A DNA stretch of 53,305 nt from Puniceicoccales bacterium (GTDB lineage Bacteria > Verrucomicrobiota > Verrucomicrobiia > Opitutales > JAIRLM01), in the NCBI GenBank assembly GCA_031282685.1, contig JAITDG010000050.1:1-53305 (forward strand), in the 5' to 3' direction. A program made the translations under genes and the position numbers. This document shows positions 19,340 to 27,169 of the stretch, in pieces. How positions within the stretch are numbered: the stretch's first letter is position 1; every line of letters begins with the position of its first letter. The notes under the pieces are model-generated. The model saw nothing but the letters and a program-made list of their open reading frames with translations. It was not told the DNA's origin and ran no database searches.

Positions 19340-19897
19340 TCAGGCGCGCCCCAAGTAGTTTCCGCTTTCCGTGCCGACGCGGATGCGATCTCCCACCTTG
19401 ACGAATAGGGGGACCTGCACGATCAGTCCGGTTTCCATTGTGGCCGGCTTCATCACGTTAGAGGCGGAATCGCCCCGCACGCCGTCCGGCGATTCGCGGA
19501 CGACCATCTCCACGGCGGCCGGCAGTTCCACGCCTATGGGCCGGCCATCGATGAAAAGTACGTCGTAGCCGGCGTTTTCCACCAGGTATGGCTCCATCTC
19601 GGCCACCAGCCCACGGCCGATGGAGGTGTCTTCAAATGTTTCCGGGTGAACAAAATGAAACTCATCGCCGTCCCGGTAGGAAAATTCTAACTTTTTCCGT
19701 TTCAAAAAGCAAAATTCCACGTTTTCCGTCGTGCGGATCTTCGTGTTGGTGGCAGTACCCGTACGCAAATTCCGCATCACCACCTGCACGAACCCGGCCT
19801 GACGGCCCTGCGTGCGGTGCTGCATTTCGGTGACTAGGTGGGGCACGCCGTCGTGCAAAAGCACGCGCCCCTTGCGGATCTCTGTCGGCGACGCCAT
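19340..19897 (-). CDS. efp: Elongation factor P (Arg at the beta3-beta4 loop tip)
   Basis: The 185-aa protein aligns end to end with E. coli EF-P, starting at 'MASPTEIRKGRVLL'. The listed 384-aa ORF is an artefactual N-terminal extension that overlaps infC. Confidence 0.9.
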   Translation of the reverse strand: MASPTEIRKGRVLLHDGVPHLVTEMQHRTQGRQAGFVQVVMRNLRTGTATNTKIRTTENVEFCFLKRKKLEFSYRDGDEFHFVHPETFEDTSIGRGLVAEMEPYLVENAGYDVLFIDGRPIGVELPAAVEMVVRESPDGVRGDSASNVMKPATMETGLIVQVPLFVKVGDRIRVGTESGNYLGRA

Positions 19898-20050
19898 AGG
19901 GCCCGCAGCTAACGGAAACTTCGCCCATCCGCGCAACAAAAAAATCCTCACTCGAGGGAAAGGGAACGGAAAAATCTTGATGGTTCCGCGCGAGTCCCTA
20001 GATGGGGTCCCGGCGGCACGGAAGTTCGCCGAGAAGAATGGTGGGAGTAC

Positions 20051-20758
20051 ATGGTTAACGCATTTCCGAAAAAAAATACCGGAAAAAAGAAGGATTTTGG
20101 CCGCAGTCGCTTCGATAAGGGACCGCGGCGCAACGAGCGCATTAGGGTTCCGGAAGTGCGAGTGATCGGTCCGGACGGGGCACAGCTTGGCGTTATGGCC
20201 ACGCGAGATGCCCTTGCGCGCGCCCGGGCGCTTGGCCTCGACCTCATCGAAGTGGCCGCCACGGTCAATCCGCCGGTCTGCCGCATTTTGGACTACGGCA
20301 AGTTCAAGTACGACGAGGAGAAAAAATCCAGAGGACAGCAAAAATCCAACGCATCTAAGATCAAAGAGGTGAAATTCCGCCCATCCGTGGACATAGGCGA
20401 CTACAACACCAAGATTCGCCATGGCCAGGAGTTTCTCTCCCAGGGGTTCAAGCTGAAGCTCACGCTGATGTTCCGCGGCAGAGAAATGGCCCACCAGGAG
20501 CTGGGGTTCCAGGTGATCGAGCGAGCCGTCAGCGATCTCCGGGAATTCGGATCCACGGACGCTAGTCCACGGCTGGCCGGACGCACTATCAGCGCCATGG
20601 TATCGCCGCGCGCGGGAAAGGGGAAAAGGCGTTCCCCGGCAGAAGACACGGACGCTGCGACCCCCGGGAGTGCCGTGGAGGGCGATCGGCCACTTCCGGA
20701 GCTTGACGGAAATAGTGACCTGGAGATAAGTGTCTTCGGAGGTTTGTCGGCAATTTGA
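20051..20758 (+). CDS. infC: Translation initiation factor IF-3, with basic N-terminal and ~50-aa C-terminal extensions
   Basis: 'VRVIGPDGAQLGV', 'LDLIEVAATVNPPVCRILDYGKFKY' and 'KEVKFRPSVDIGDYNTK'. Confidence 0.88.
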   Translation: MVNAFPKKNTGKKKDFGRSRFDKGPRRNERIRVPEVRVIGPDGAQLGVMATRDALARARALGLDLIEVAATVNPPVCRILDYGKFKYDEEKKSRGQQKSNASKIKEVKFRPSVDIGDYNTKIRHGQEFLSQGFKLKLTLMFRGREMAHQELGFQVIERAVSDLREFGSTDASPRLAGRTISAMVSPRAGKGKRRSPAEDTDAATPGSAVEGDRPLPELDGNSDLEISVFGGLSAI

Positions 20759-20777
20759 CTCGCTTTTGGGAGATTTT

Positions 20778-21398
20778 ATGGTTTACTCTAACTCTGAAAT
20801 GGCGCGACTGCTGAAGTGCGATTGCTGCGGAGCGCCGGCGACTGTCCACCTCGTGCGGATATGTGACGGAACTACTTCTCGGATAAACTTTTGTGCGGCT
20901 TGCGCAAGGGCTAAGGGCGTGGTGGACGAGGCGGGCTCTCCGACCGAAATGCTGCTCGGCTCCGACCTCTTTCAAGATCGGCGGGATCCGGAGGCGGTCG
21001 TCCATAGCACCTGCGCCGGCTGTGGCCTTACGGGCACTGAACTGTTGAAGCGGAAGACCTTCGGCTGTGAACGTTGCTACGAAACGTTTTCCTCGCTGCT
21101 GGACTCTCTCCTGCGGCGCATTCAGCGGGGGAAGGAGCACCGCGGGAAGAAGCCGCAGTCTCGCACCATATTTCTACGTACGGCGGCGGTCGAGTGGGAC
21201 CGCTCATCGGCGCGGGTAGGGGAGGATCTGCAGAAGCGCCTTTCTCGGGATCCGCGCGAGCTGGAACTGCTTCTCTCTCTGGCCGTAACCGAGGAGCGCT
21301 ACGAGGAGGCCGCACTCATCCGGCACCATATCGATATGCTCCGCGACACTAGGAAAGTGAAAAAGCACAAAAAGCCAACAGCCAAGGCGAAGCGCTAG
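20778..21398 (+). CDS. UvrB/UvrC-motif zinc-finger protein, McsA-like; no mcsB follows
   Basis: CxxC pairs ('CDCCG', 'CAAC', 'CAGC', 'CERC') plus a C-terminal UVR motif, 'EERYEEAALIRHHIDMLR'. Confidence 0.6.
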   Translation: MVYSNSEMARLLKCDCCGAPATVHLVRICDGTTSRINFCAACARAKGVVDEAGSPTEMLLGSDLFQDRRDPEAVVHSTCAGCGLTGTELLKRKTFGCERCYETFSSLLDSLLRRIQRGKEHRGKKPQSRTIFLRTAAVEWDRSSARVGEDLQKRLSRDPRELELLLSLAVTEERYEEAALIRHHIDMLRDTRKVKKHKKPTAKAKR

Positions 21399-21543
21399 GG
21401 CTTGCTACTTTTCTCTGGTTTTCGCTAAAGATGACGGGAACATATGTCGTCCAAGGCTGTTCCAACAGTTTTAAGGTAGCTCAAAGTTCATAGTCAAAAA
21501 GGAGATTGACATTGGCGAACGGCTGCCTACGCCTAGGCCTGAA

Positions 21544-22125
21544 TTGGATGCGGATCTCAGGCGGTTTTCTTGCGGCGAAGGAGAAGTGCGGCGCATGCGA
21601 GATCTGTGCGAAGAAAATTTGCGGCGGACGCGAGAGTATGGAAAAACTTTGGGCTCTGGCTTCCGGGAGTTTGTCTTGTACATGGAGCCCAATTGCTACG
21701 CAGTGGATGTGCTAGGGAGTCAACTCCCTACAGCTGTCAAGGTGTTTTTCGTGTCCCTGCTTTTTGGGAATCGGAACGGGAGAGACATGCGGGAAAGGCT
21801 AGAAAGTTACATTGGGCCGGACCGACTGGACCAGATTTTGAGCGAGATCACGGCTAATCCTCCCCAGCTCGTAGCGGGCAAGGACAGTGCCCTCTGCGCC
21901 GAAATGGCCCGACGAGTGGGAAATCCCCCTGCCGAATATAGATCCACCTATAGGCAGCTGGGCTTTATCCTTTATGCGGCAGAACGATTTCCTAAAAATT
22001 TTCCCCTTTCGGGCCTAGCCATCGATTTCGCCCCACGTGGGTTGGGCTCTGTGAAGGCGGGTTCCTTGAAGGGTTTCTTTATGGCGTGGCGGGAAAAGGT
22101 GTCGAACGGAATGGGTATTTTGTGA
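21544..22125 (+). CDS. Hypothetical protein, convergent with and overlapping the 3' end of the TNT-like gene (speculative immunity partner)
   Basis: It is the longest ORF in an AT-shifted segment. No motif recognised. The start is uncertain, with an ATG alternative at 21595. Confidence 0.4.
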   Translation: MDADLRRFSCGEGEVRRMRDLCEENLRRTREYGKTLGSGFREFVLYMEPNCYAVDVLGSQLPTAVKVFFVSLLFGNRNGRDMRERLESYIGPDRLDQILSEITANPPQLVAGKDSALCAEMARRVGNPPAEYRSTYRQLGFILYAAERFPKNFPLSGLAIDFAPRGLGSVKAGSLKGFFMAWREKVSNGMGIL

Positions 22126-23052
22126 AGTTTTCCGTGACTGTTGTGCATGGCTGGCGTCCGCGATAGGCATTTTCGTATCCGGGATGACCATTATACAGCC
22201 ATCTAATTGGGGGAGGTTTGCCCGCGGGATGATGTACTGCTTCACCCCTCCTGGTAGATATCCACTCCCAAGATTCGCAGGGTCGGCGGGCTGGGATGCG
22301 CAAGTTCCCCAGTAGCCTGATACACCTCCCTCCCGAATGACAGCGGCCTCAAGAATACCGTCCTGATTCCAGCTCGGTGGCAGAGCTAGGTTGGTACGAA
22401 GTTCCTTCTCATTCAAAGAGAGGTCGGCTAGGTCGACCCAAAAACGACCTGGTTCCGTTGGGTAGGTAGCATTTTGGTCTGCCTGCTGAGCATAGCGGCA
22501 GAGAACCGTACCGGGAAGGATGGTGCCGTAAGTCACTTTCCCGGAAAATGAATCAAATGCGCCGGCCTTCAATATTTCACTATGCGTCTCGGAGTTGCGT
22601 ACAGAGGTACCCTTTACGTCGACAAGATTAGGGATTTCTTCGCCGACCCCTACGGAGGGAATGCCATTGCCAGGGAAGCGTGCAGTAGGCTCTGTCAGTC
22701 TCGAAAGGTCAAGTCTCGTCGGTCCGGATAGCCCGGGATTGCCAGTTGGGGGGTGTCCGTCCTGTGGGGCGAACAGGTGCACACCTTTATGTTCTTTAGC
22801 AACAAGCTCGATGGCATCGCCAATGTTTACCGCAAGAAACTTCTTCTTACTCAGCTTCGCACACAGGTCTGCAATGGGATTAATCACTGCTTCTACTATG
22901 GCTTTTTCCGTTGGGGCGAGGCTCTGTGCGCGTTCACGTAGCGCATCAGCGGCATACCTTCGCTCGATATCCGACATGCCGTGCGCTCCGCCATAGGGGT
23001 AGGTAAAGGAGATCTGGGAAGTTTGGGGTCCTCCGACCCGGGTGGAACTCAT
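22015..23052 (-). CDS. Protein with a C-terminal TNT-like (tuberculosis necrotizing toxin family) NAD+ glycohydrolase domain
   Basis: Residues ~160-290 (nt 22183-22575) follow the TNT pattern: 'ILPGTVLCRYA', 'GRFWVD', 'LALPPSWN' and 'LPGGVKQYIIP'. Confidence 0.5.
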   Translation of the reverse strand: MSSTRVGGPQTSQISFTYPYGGAHGMSDIERRYAADALRERAQSLAPTEKAIVEAVINPIADLCAKLSKKKFLAVNIGDAIELVAKEHKGVHLFAPQDGHPPTGNPGLSGPTRLDLSRLTEPTARFPGNGIPSVGVGEEIPNLVDVKGTSVRNSETHSEILKAGAFDSFSGKVTYGTILPGTVLCRYAQQADQNATYPTEPGRFWVDLADLSLNEKELRTNLALPPSWNQDGILEAAVIREGGVSGYWGTCASQPADPANLGSGYLPGGVKQYIIPRANLPQLDGCIMVIPDTKMPIADASHAQQSRKTSQNTHSVRHLFPPRHKETLQGTRLHRAQPTWGEIDG

Positions 23053-23319
23053 AGTTCTAAAGTTTACAAAAAATTTCGCTTTAGGTAAGCTTTTTTTGAT
23101 TCTTCCCTATGGCGGTAGCGCCATCCTTCGGGCGGAGGACCAGTTCATGTATTCCCTCCGGCAGAGGGGGGCCACTTTTCTCGAAGATAGGACCAAAACG
23201 TTCGCAAATTCGACAATGGAGGCACGGATCATTTAAAAGGATCCCAGGAAACGGCGAAGGTTTGCATCTTTGACGTAGCGAAGTATATCCTCCACTTAGT
23301 GGGTGTGGAAATTTTCACC

Positions 23320-23650
23320 ATGAAGATCCAAAAAATTTGCTACTACTGTCAGGTGTGGCATTCGTGCGGTGGAAATGGCAGCTAAGATAAAAATCGATAT
23401 TAAAGCAGTTTGTGCGCGTTCTTATGGCTGGGCTTCTCGGCGGGTACAAAGTATGCGAGGAGCCAAGACAGCCAAATGCAGGGAAAATTGTATTGTTTAA
23501 GTTGCTCTACTTTATGAATTTTTACTATTATGAGCTACGCGAGAGGCCGCTGATGGGGCTCACTTACGAAAGATAGAATTTGGTCCAGTCTCTACCGGAT
23601 TTGGTGCCGCTGGCGCCGCCTTCCGTGAAGTTGGCGTGGGCGGACGATGA
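23320..23650 (+). pseudogene. Two tandem degraded Panacea/DUF4065 (SocA-like antitoxin domain) gene remnants
   Basis: Fragment 1 is 'MKIQKICYYCQVWHSCGGNGS*' (compare 'KLQKLLYYAQGWH'). Fragment 2 is 'KIVLFKLLYFMNFYYYELRERPLMGLTYER*', and a frameshift then gives 'IEFGPVSTGF' (compare 'PL..xxY.A...GPV'). Both are broken by stops or frameshifts. Confidence 0.35.
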
Positions 23651-24102
23651 AAAATTGTCGGCCACAGTCCGCGCGTCGAACGAATGGACCCGACAGCCCA
23701 AACTCGTTTGGCTGTGACGAGATTGGGAGCCCGCATCTTGGTGCCTCTTTCACTATGATACGGAAATCTGCTAAGACTTTCGCATTATATTTGGACCGCC
23801 AAGGTTTTTTGTTTCCAGGCCTCTGGAGCGAGCCCTGCGGCTACTGCAAACCTTTTAGCGATTAGGACGATGGGAGGGAGCCCAAAGATCTTCGAGGGAA
23901 GCGGTACAAAGTCCTCTCCCGCTGTTTTTTTGAAATTTTCCCGGCTCCGCCGGAAATTATGTGGGCGCATCCGTGCAGAACTTTTCAGGCCGATTCACTC
24001 CGCTAGACCAACCCGCTTTTCGGACAAAGAACACGTAACAGAAACCTGCCAGGGAAATTTCTTCCACTCGCCCCGAGCTTTCGCAATTCCGCTTTGGAGG
24101 CA

Positions 24103-24179
24103 TGGTGGGAGGTGACGGGCTCGAACCGTCGGCCTCCGGTGTGTGATACCGGCGCTCTAACCGACTGAGCTAACCCCCC
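24103..24179 (-). tRNA. tRNA-Val (anticodon CAC), CCA encoded
   Basis: The reverse complement GGGGGGTTAGCTCAGTCGGTTAGAGCGCCGGTATCACACACCGGAGGCCGACGGTTCGAGCCCGTCACCTCCCACCA folds as a cloverleaf. The anticodon loop is AUCACAC. Confidence 0.9.
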
Positions 24180-24275
24180 AACCGACGGTCGCATTTCCAA
24201 GGGGCGGGATAGGGCGAGTCAATGGCGAACTTGTGGGAAAGCCGCTAAAAAAACGAGGAGTTCCGTTTATTTTGT

Positions 24276-24304
24276 TTGACAGGGACCGTGGTGTGGGCCA
24301 GAAT
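24276..24304 (+). promoter_or_regulatory. Candidate sigma70-type promoter for the T3SS sub-operon (TTGACA-17 nt-CAGAAT)
   Basis: A perfect -35 TTGACA lies at 24276-24281, and a 17-nt spacer precedes CAGAAT at 24299-24304. Only 10 nt separate this from the sctD ATG, and no SD is visible, so the mRNA could be near-leaderless. Confidence 0.3.
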
Positions 24305-24314
24305 TTTCCAATAG

Positions 24315-25682
24315 ATGGCGGAAGGTGGTGCGTCCTATCGAATTAAGTTGCTTACCGGGCCCAATGGCGGCGCGGAAGTGGAGATGGACAGCAATGACGC
24401 GCGCCTCATCCTGGGCAGCGGCGACGGGGCGGATCTGCTCCTGTCGGACGCGCTAGTCCAGCCACTCCACGCGGAACTCACCTACGACCGGGGGCAAATT
24501 TTTATAAAATCGCTCGGCGGGAAAACGTTCTTGAATGGCAAATTGATTCAAGGGGAAAATCCGACGGTCGTGGGCGACTTTCAATTCGTCACCGTGGGGG
24601 CCACGCATATCCTCATCGGGCCAACCGATGGCGAGTGGTCCAAGTATGGCCCCGCCGACGTGCCGAATCTGGAAATTGAAGAGAGTGAAGTGCCGAATGA
24701 GATTCTCGCTAGGACGGATCTCAGCGCCGAGCCGGCCGCACTGCGGGCCGCCCGCAGGGAGGTGGAGCGAGTTCGCCGGCGGAAGAGGCGCCTGCGCCTG
24801 CTAGCCCTGTACGGCGGGGTAGTTTTGCTGGTCCTGCTGACGGTCCTATTTTGGCCCAAGAAGAAGCAGATAACGGCGGCGGATACAGAGAAGGCCGTTC
24901 GAGCGCACCTGGCCTCCATCGAACAGTTTCCGGCCGTGACCGTTCGCGTGGAACGGGGTCAGGTGGTGGTGGATGGCTATGTGCCCACTAATATCGATTT
25001 GCGAGATTTGCGCGCGGTTCTCCAGGCAGCGCACCCGACAATCCACTACGCCGTTCGCAGCCAGGAGCGCATCACTTCGGCCGTGGAAGATCTTCTCCGG
25101 GGTGCGGACGGTCGGCTGCGGGCCATCCAACTGCAGCCGGGGGCCTACGCGATCGAGGGCTACGTCTACGACGAAGATTCCTGGCAGAAGGTCCGCTCAC
25201 GCATCGTTGCGGAGGTTCCCGGCGTCCGAAAAATCCAAAATGACGTGCTAACGCCGGACCAGGTGCTCACGCAAGCGCACGACGTACTTACGCGCCACGG
25301 ACTTGTGCGACAAATCACCGCCCTTCCAATGGAGACCCAGGTGCTCTTCCAGGGAAAAATCAGCGCACTTCAAATGGAGCAGTGGAAATCGGCGGCGGAG
25401 GATTTCATCCAGACCTTCGCCGACCTGGTTCCCCTCGAATTTGACGTGCAGCCCCTTTCTGCCCAGACCGAGACCTCAGTGAATTCATTTTTCCCGGAGC
25501 CCATACGGTCCATTACGGTCGGTTCCGGCGGGCTGAGTTGGATTGCGACCGGAGATGGGCGGAAATATTTCATTGGCGCCTTTTTGCCGAGCGGCTGGCG
25601 CGTGGAAGAGATTAGCGCGGAGGGACTTTCCCTTAGTCGAGAGGGCCGTCGCATTAACATGAAGCTGGAAGCGCTCCGATGA
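24315..25682 (+). CDS. sctD: Type III secretion inner-membrane ring protein SctD (YscD/CdsD family)
   Basis: The N-terminal FHA-like domain aligns with YscD ('GGAEVEMDSNDARLILGSGDGADLLLSDALVQPLHAEL'). A single TM, 'LRLLALYGGVVLLVLLTVLFW', is followed by a ~270-aa periplasmic region. Confidence 0.8.
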   Translation: MAEGGASYRIKLLTGPNGGAEVEMDSNDARLILGSGDGADLLLSDALVQPLHAELTYDRGQIFIKSLGGKTFLNGKLIQGENPTVVGDFQFVTVGATHILIGPTDGEWSKYGPADVPNLEIEESEVPNEILARTDLSAEPAALRAARREVERVRRRKRRLRLLALYGGVVLLVLLTVLFWPKKKQITAADTEKAVRAHLASIEQFPAVTVRVERGQVVVDGYVPTNIDLRDLRAVLQAAHPTIHYAVRSQERITSAVEDLLRGADGRLRAIQLQPGAYAIEGYVYDEDSWQKVRSRIVAEVPGVRKIQNDVLTPDQVLTQAHDVLTRHGLVRQITALPMETQVLFQGKISALQMEQWKSAAEDFIQTFADLVPLEFDVQPLSAQTETSVNSFFPEPIRSITVGSGGLSWIATGDGRKYFIGAFLPSGWRVEEISAEGLSLSREGRRINMKLEALR

Positions 25683-25912
25683 ACGGAATGGGGAATAGGT
25701 GGGCCCCAGAAAAGCCGACTCTCGTTCCGCTGGAACGGGAATTGCGGGATCCCGTTCGCCGCCGCGAAGTGCTCAATCAGCTCATGGATGGCCTGGGCCA
25801 AGTGAATCGGATTCTGATGGGCGGCCTGGATCGGGAACGCTTTGTCGCCTATGGCGCGCTGAAAAAAAGTTTTCTTGCGGCCGTTGGCGTCATAAAAAAT
25901 TTTAGGGGTTGA
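25679..25912 (+). CDS. YscE/CdsE-like needle co-chaperone
   Basis: This 77-aa helical protein has 'LMGGLDRERFVAYGALKKSFLAAVGVIKNF', compare YscE 'MMRGGDAKQYQVWQRESKALESAIAIIHY'. Its start overlaps the sctD stop (ATGA). Confidence 0.6.
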   Translation: MNGMGNRWAPEKPTLVPLERELRDPVRRREVLNQLMDGLGQVNRILMGGLDRERFVAYGALKKSFLAAVGVIKNFRG

Positions 25913-25956
25913 CTGGGAAGTGCAGTCACGTACAGAATGCGATTGAGGAGGATGCT

Positions 25957-26268
25957 ATGGCGGGAAGTGGTAGTAGCAGCGGGGACATCCCGGATTTTTC
26001 GGGGGAGCTTTTCCCCAATGCCAGCGGCGGCGGAGTCTACACGCTGGAGAGGCTCTACAAATTGCTAGGGCAGGTGGTCCACGACCAGGAGAGTGACCTG
26101 AACAAGGCCATTGAGGATATGGCAAACAGCGGCAGCAACATTGACCAGGGCGCGCTGCTGAGGGTGCAGGGCATGGTGCAGTCGTGGGGTGTGACATCTG
26201 GTCTGGCCACCGGTACGCTCCGTGCGGCCGGCGATGCCCTATCCCGTACCACATCTAACATGCGCTAG
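25957..26268 (+). CDS. sctF: Type III secretion needle filament protein SctF (YscF/CdsF/MxiH family)
   Basis: A strong SD (GAGGAGGA) precedes the ATG at 25957. The C-terminal 'NIDQGALLRVQGMVQSWGVTSGLATGTLRAAGDALSRTTSNMR' matches the needle-protein helix-turn-helix pattern, compare YscF 'NPALLADLQHSINKWSVIYNINSTIVRSMKDLMQGI'. Confidence 0.8.
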   Translation: MAGSGSSSGDIPDFSGELFPNASGGGVYTLERLYKLLGQVVHDQESDLNKAIEDMANSGSNIDQGALLRVQGMVQSWGVTSGLATGTLRAAGDALSRTTSNMR

Positions 26269-26273
26269 CGGAA

Positions 26274-26720
26274 ATGGCCGCGGATCGGCAGAAAGAGGAC
26301 TGCGCCATTCCCGAAGAATTCGCCGATGCGAAGGCGGAGTGGCTGCAGCTGCTAATGGCCATGGGATACGTTGCTTGCGGCCAGGGACGGCCCTCCCAGG
26401 CCGCCACCATTTTTGATGGCATTGCCGCCGTGCGCCCCAATTCGGAGCTGCCGCTGATCGGTCTGGCCATTGCCCAGATCAATTTGGGAAAGTTGACCCT
26501 CGCCTGCGAGACATTGGTCGAGCGGGCGGCTAGGCTGAACCCGGACAATCAGCTGGTGAAGACGGTGGCTGCCATGGTCTTTCGCATGAGTGGGGCAATG
26601 GAGGCCAGCGATTTACTCCTGGATGAGGTCATTGCGAACGGTTCGGACAGCTGCGCGACGGAGTTCGCCCGCTCCCTAAAGGGAGAGGATTTTCGGTACC
26701 TAAAAATAAGAAAAAAATAG
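26274..26720 (+). CDS. YscG/CdsG-like TPR needle co-chaperone
   Basis: It lies directly after sctF. The 148-aa helical-repeat protein contains 'AEWLQLLMAMGYVACGQGRPSQAATIFDGIAAVRPNSELPLIGLAIAQINLGKL'. Confidence 0.55.
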   Translation: MAADRQKEDCAIPEEFADAKAEWLQLLMAMGYVACGQGRPSQAATIFDGIAAVRPNSELPLIGLAIAQINLGKLTLACETLVERAARLNPDNQLVKTVAAMVFRMSGAMEASDLLLDEVIANGSDSCATEFARSLKGEDFRYLKIRKK

Positions 26721-26730
26721 AGGAAGCACC

Positions 26731-27123
26731 ATGTCTAATGCACCAGTATCGGCAATTAGTTCGCTGGAGCCCTTGGCCGGAGGGGTATCCTTCGGCAGCG
26801 TCAGCCCCGGCGATCTGAACCAATTTCTTTCCGCAATGGACAGGCCGGCCGGCACGGATCGGGCCAGCCGGACGCAGTCGGCGAGCGAGGCCGCATCCTC
26901 GGCCATTCAAAAGGTTCTAAAGCCATTGAGCGAATTCCGAAAGGGCTACGATAAGATCGTCACGGACATTTCTGACATCGTTTCCCGCGGGCACGTCAGT
27001 ATGCAGGACCTTTTTCAAATTCAATTCCAATTGACCCAGCTCTCCTACATGAACGACGTCTCCGCAAAGACGGCAGACAAGATTTCCCAGGGCACCCAAA
27101 CCCTATTTCGCAACCAAGGGTAG
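26731..27123 (+). CDS. sctI: Type III secretion inner rod protein SctI (YscI/PrgJ family)
   Basis: 'DLNQFLSAM' resembles YscI 'IMRFDAAM'. The C-terminal 'MQDLFQIQFQLTQLSYMNDVSAKTADKISQGTQTLFRNQG' resembles YscI 'LMLMQWSLIRITIQEELIAKTAGRMSQNVETLSKGG'. Confidence 0.7.
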   Translation: MSNAPVSAISSLEPLAGGVSFGSVSPGDLNQFLSAMDRPAGTDRASRTQSASEAASSAIQKVLKPLSEFRKGYDKIVTDISDIVSRGHVSMQDLFQIQFQLTQLSYMNDVSAKTADKISQGTQTLFRNQG

Positions 27124-27169
27124 CCGAATCTCTCTCGTAAAAACCAACCTTCATAGCCCATTGCCGGCC

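Noticed and set aside
19898-20494. N-terminal extension of the efp ORF, listed as a 384-aa protein.
   Set aside because: EF-P homology begins exactly at the Met at 19895-19897. The extension overlaps infC on the opposite strand and has no EF-P counterpart.
21506-21715. A Cys-rich 69-aa ORF (TTG start) preceded by AAGGAG, overlapping the 5' part of the 193-aa ORF.
   Set aside because: The overlapping frame is three times longer. The SD could equally serve a downstream start. I kept the longer ORF, at low confidence, rather than calling both.
22015-22125. Convergent 3' overlaps of neighbouring genes: 111 nt here, 52 nt at nusB/folK, 42 nt at ispH/uhpC and 26 nt at 28761-28786. I considered these as possible antisense regulation.
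   Set aside because: They are most simply explained by late stop codons in GC-rich DNA and a compact genome. There is no independent evidence of function.
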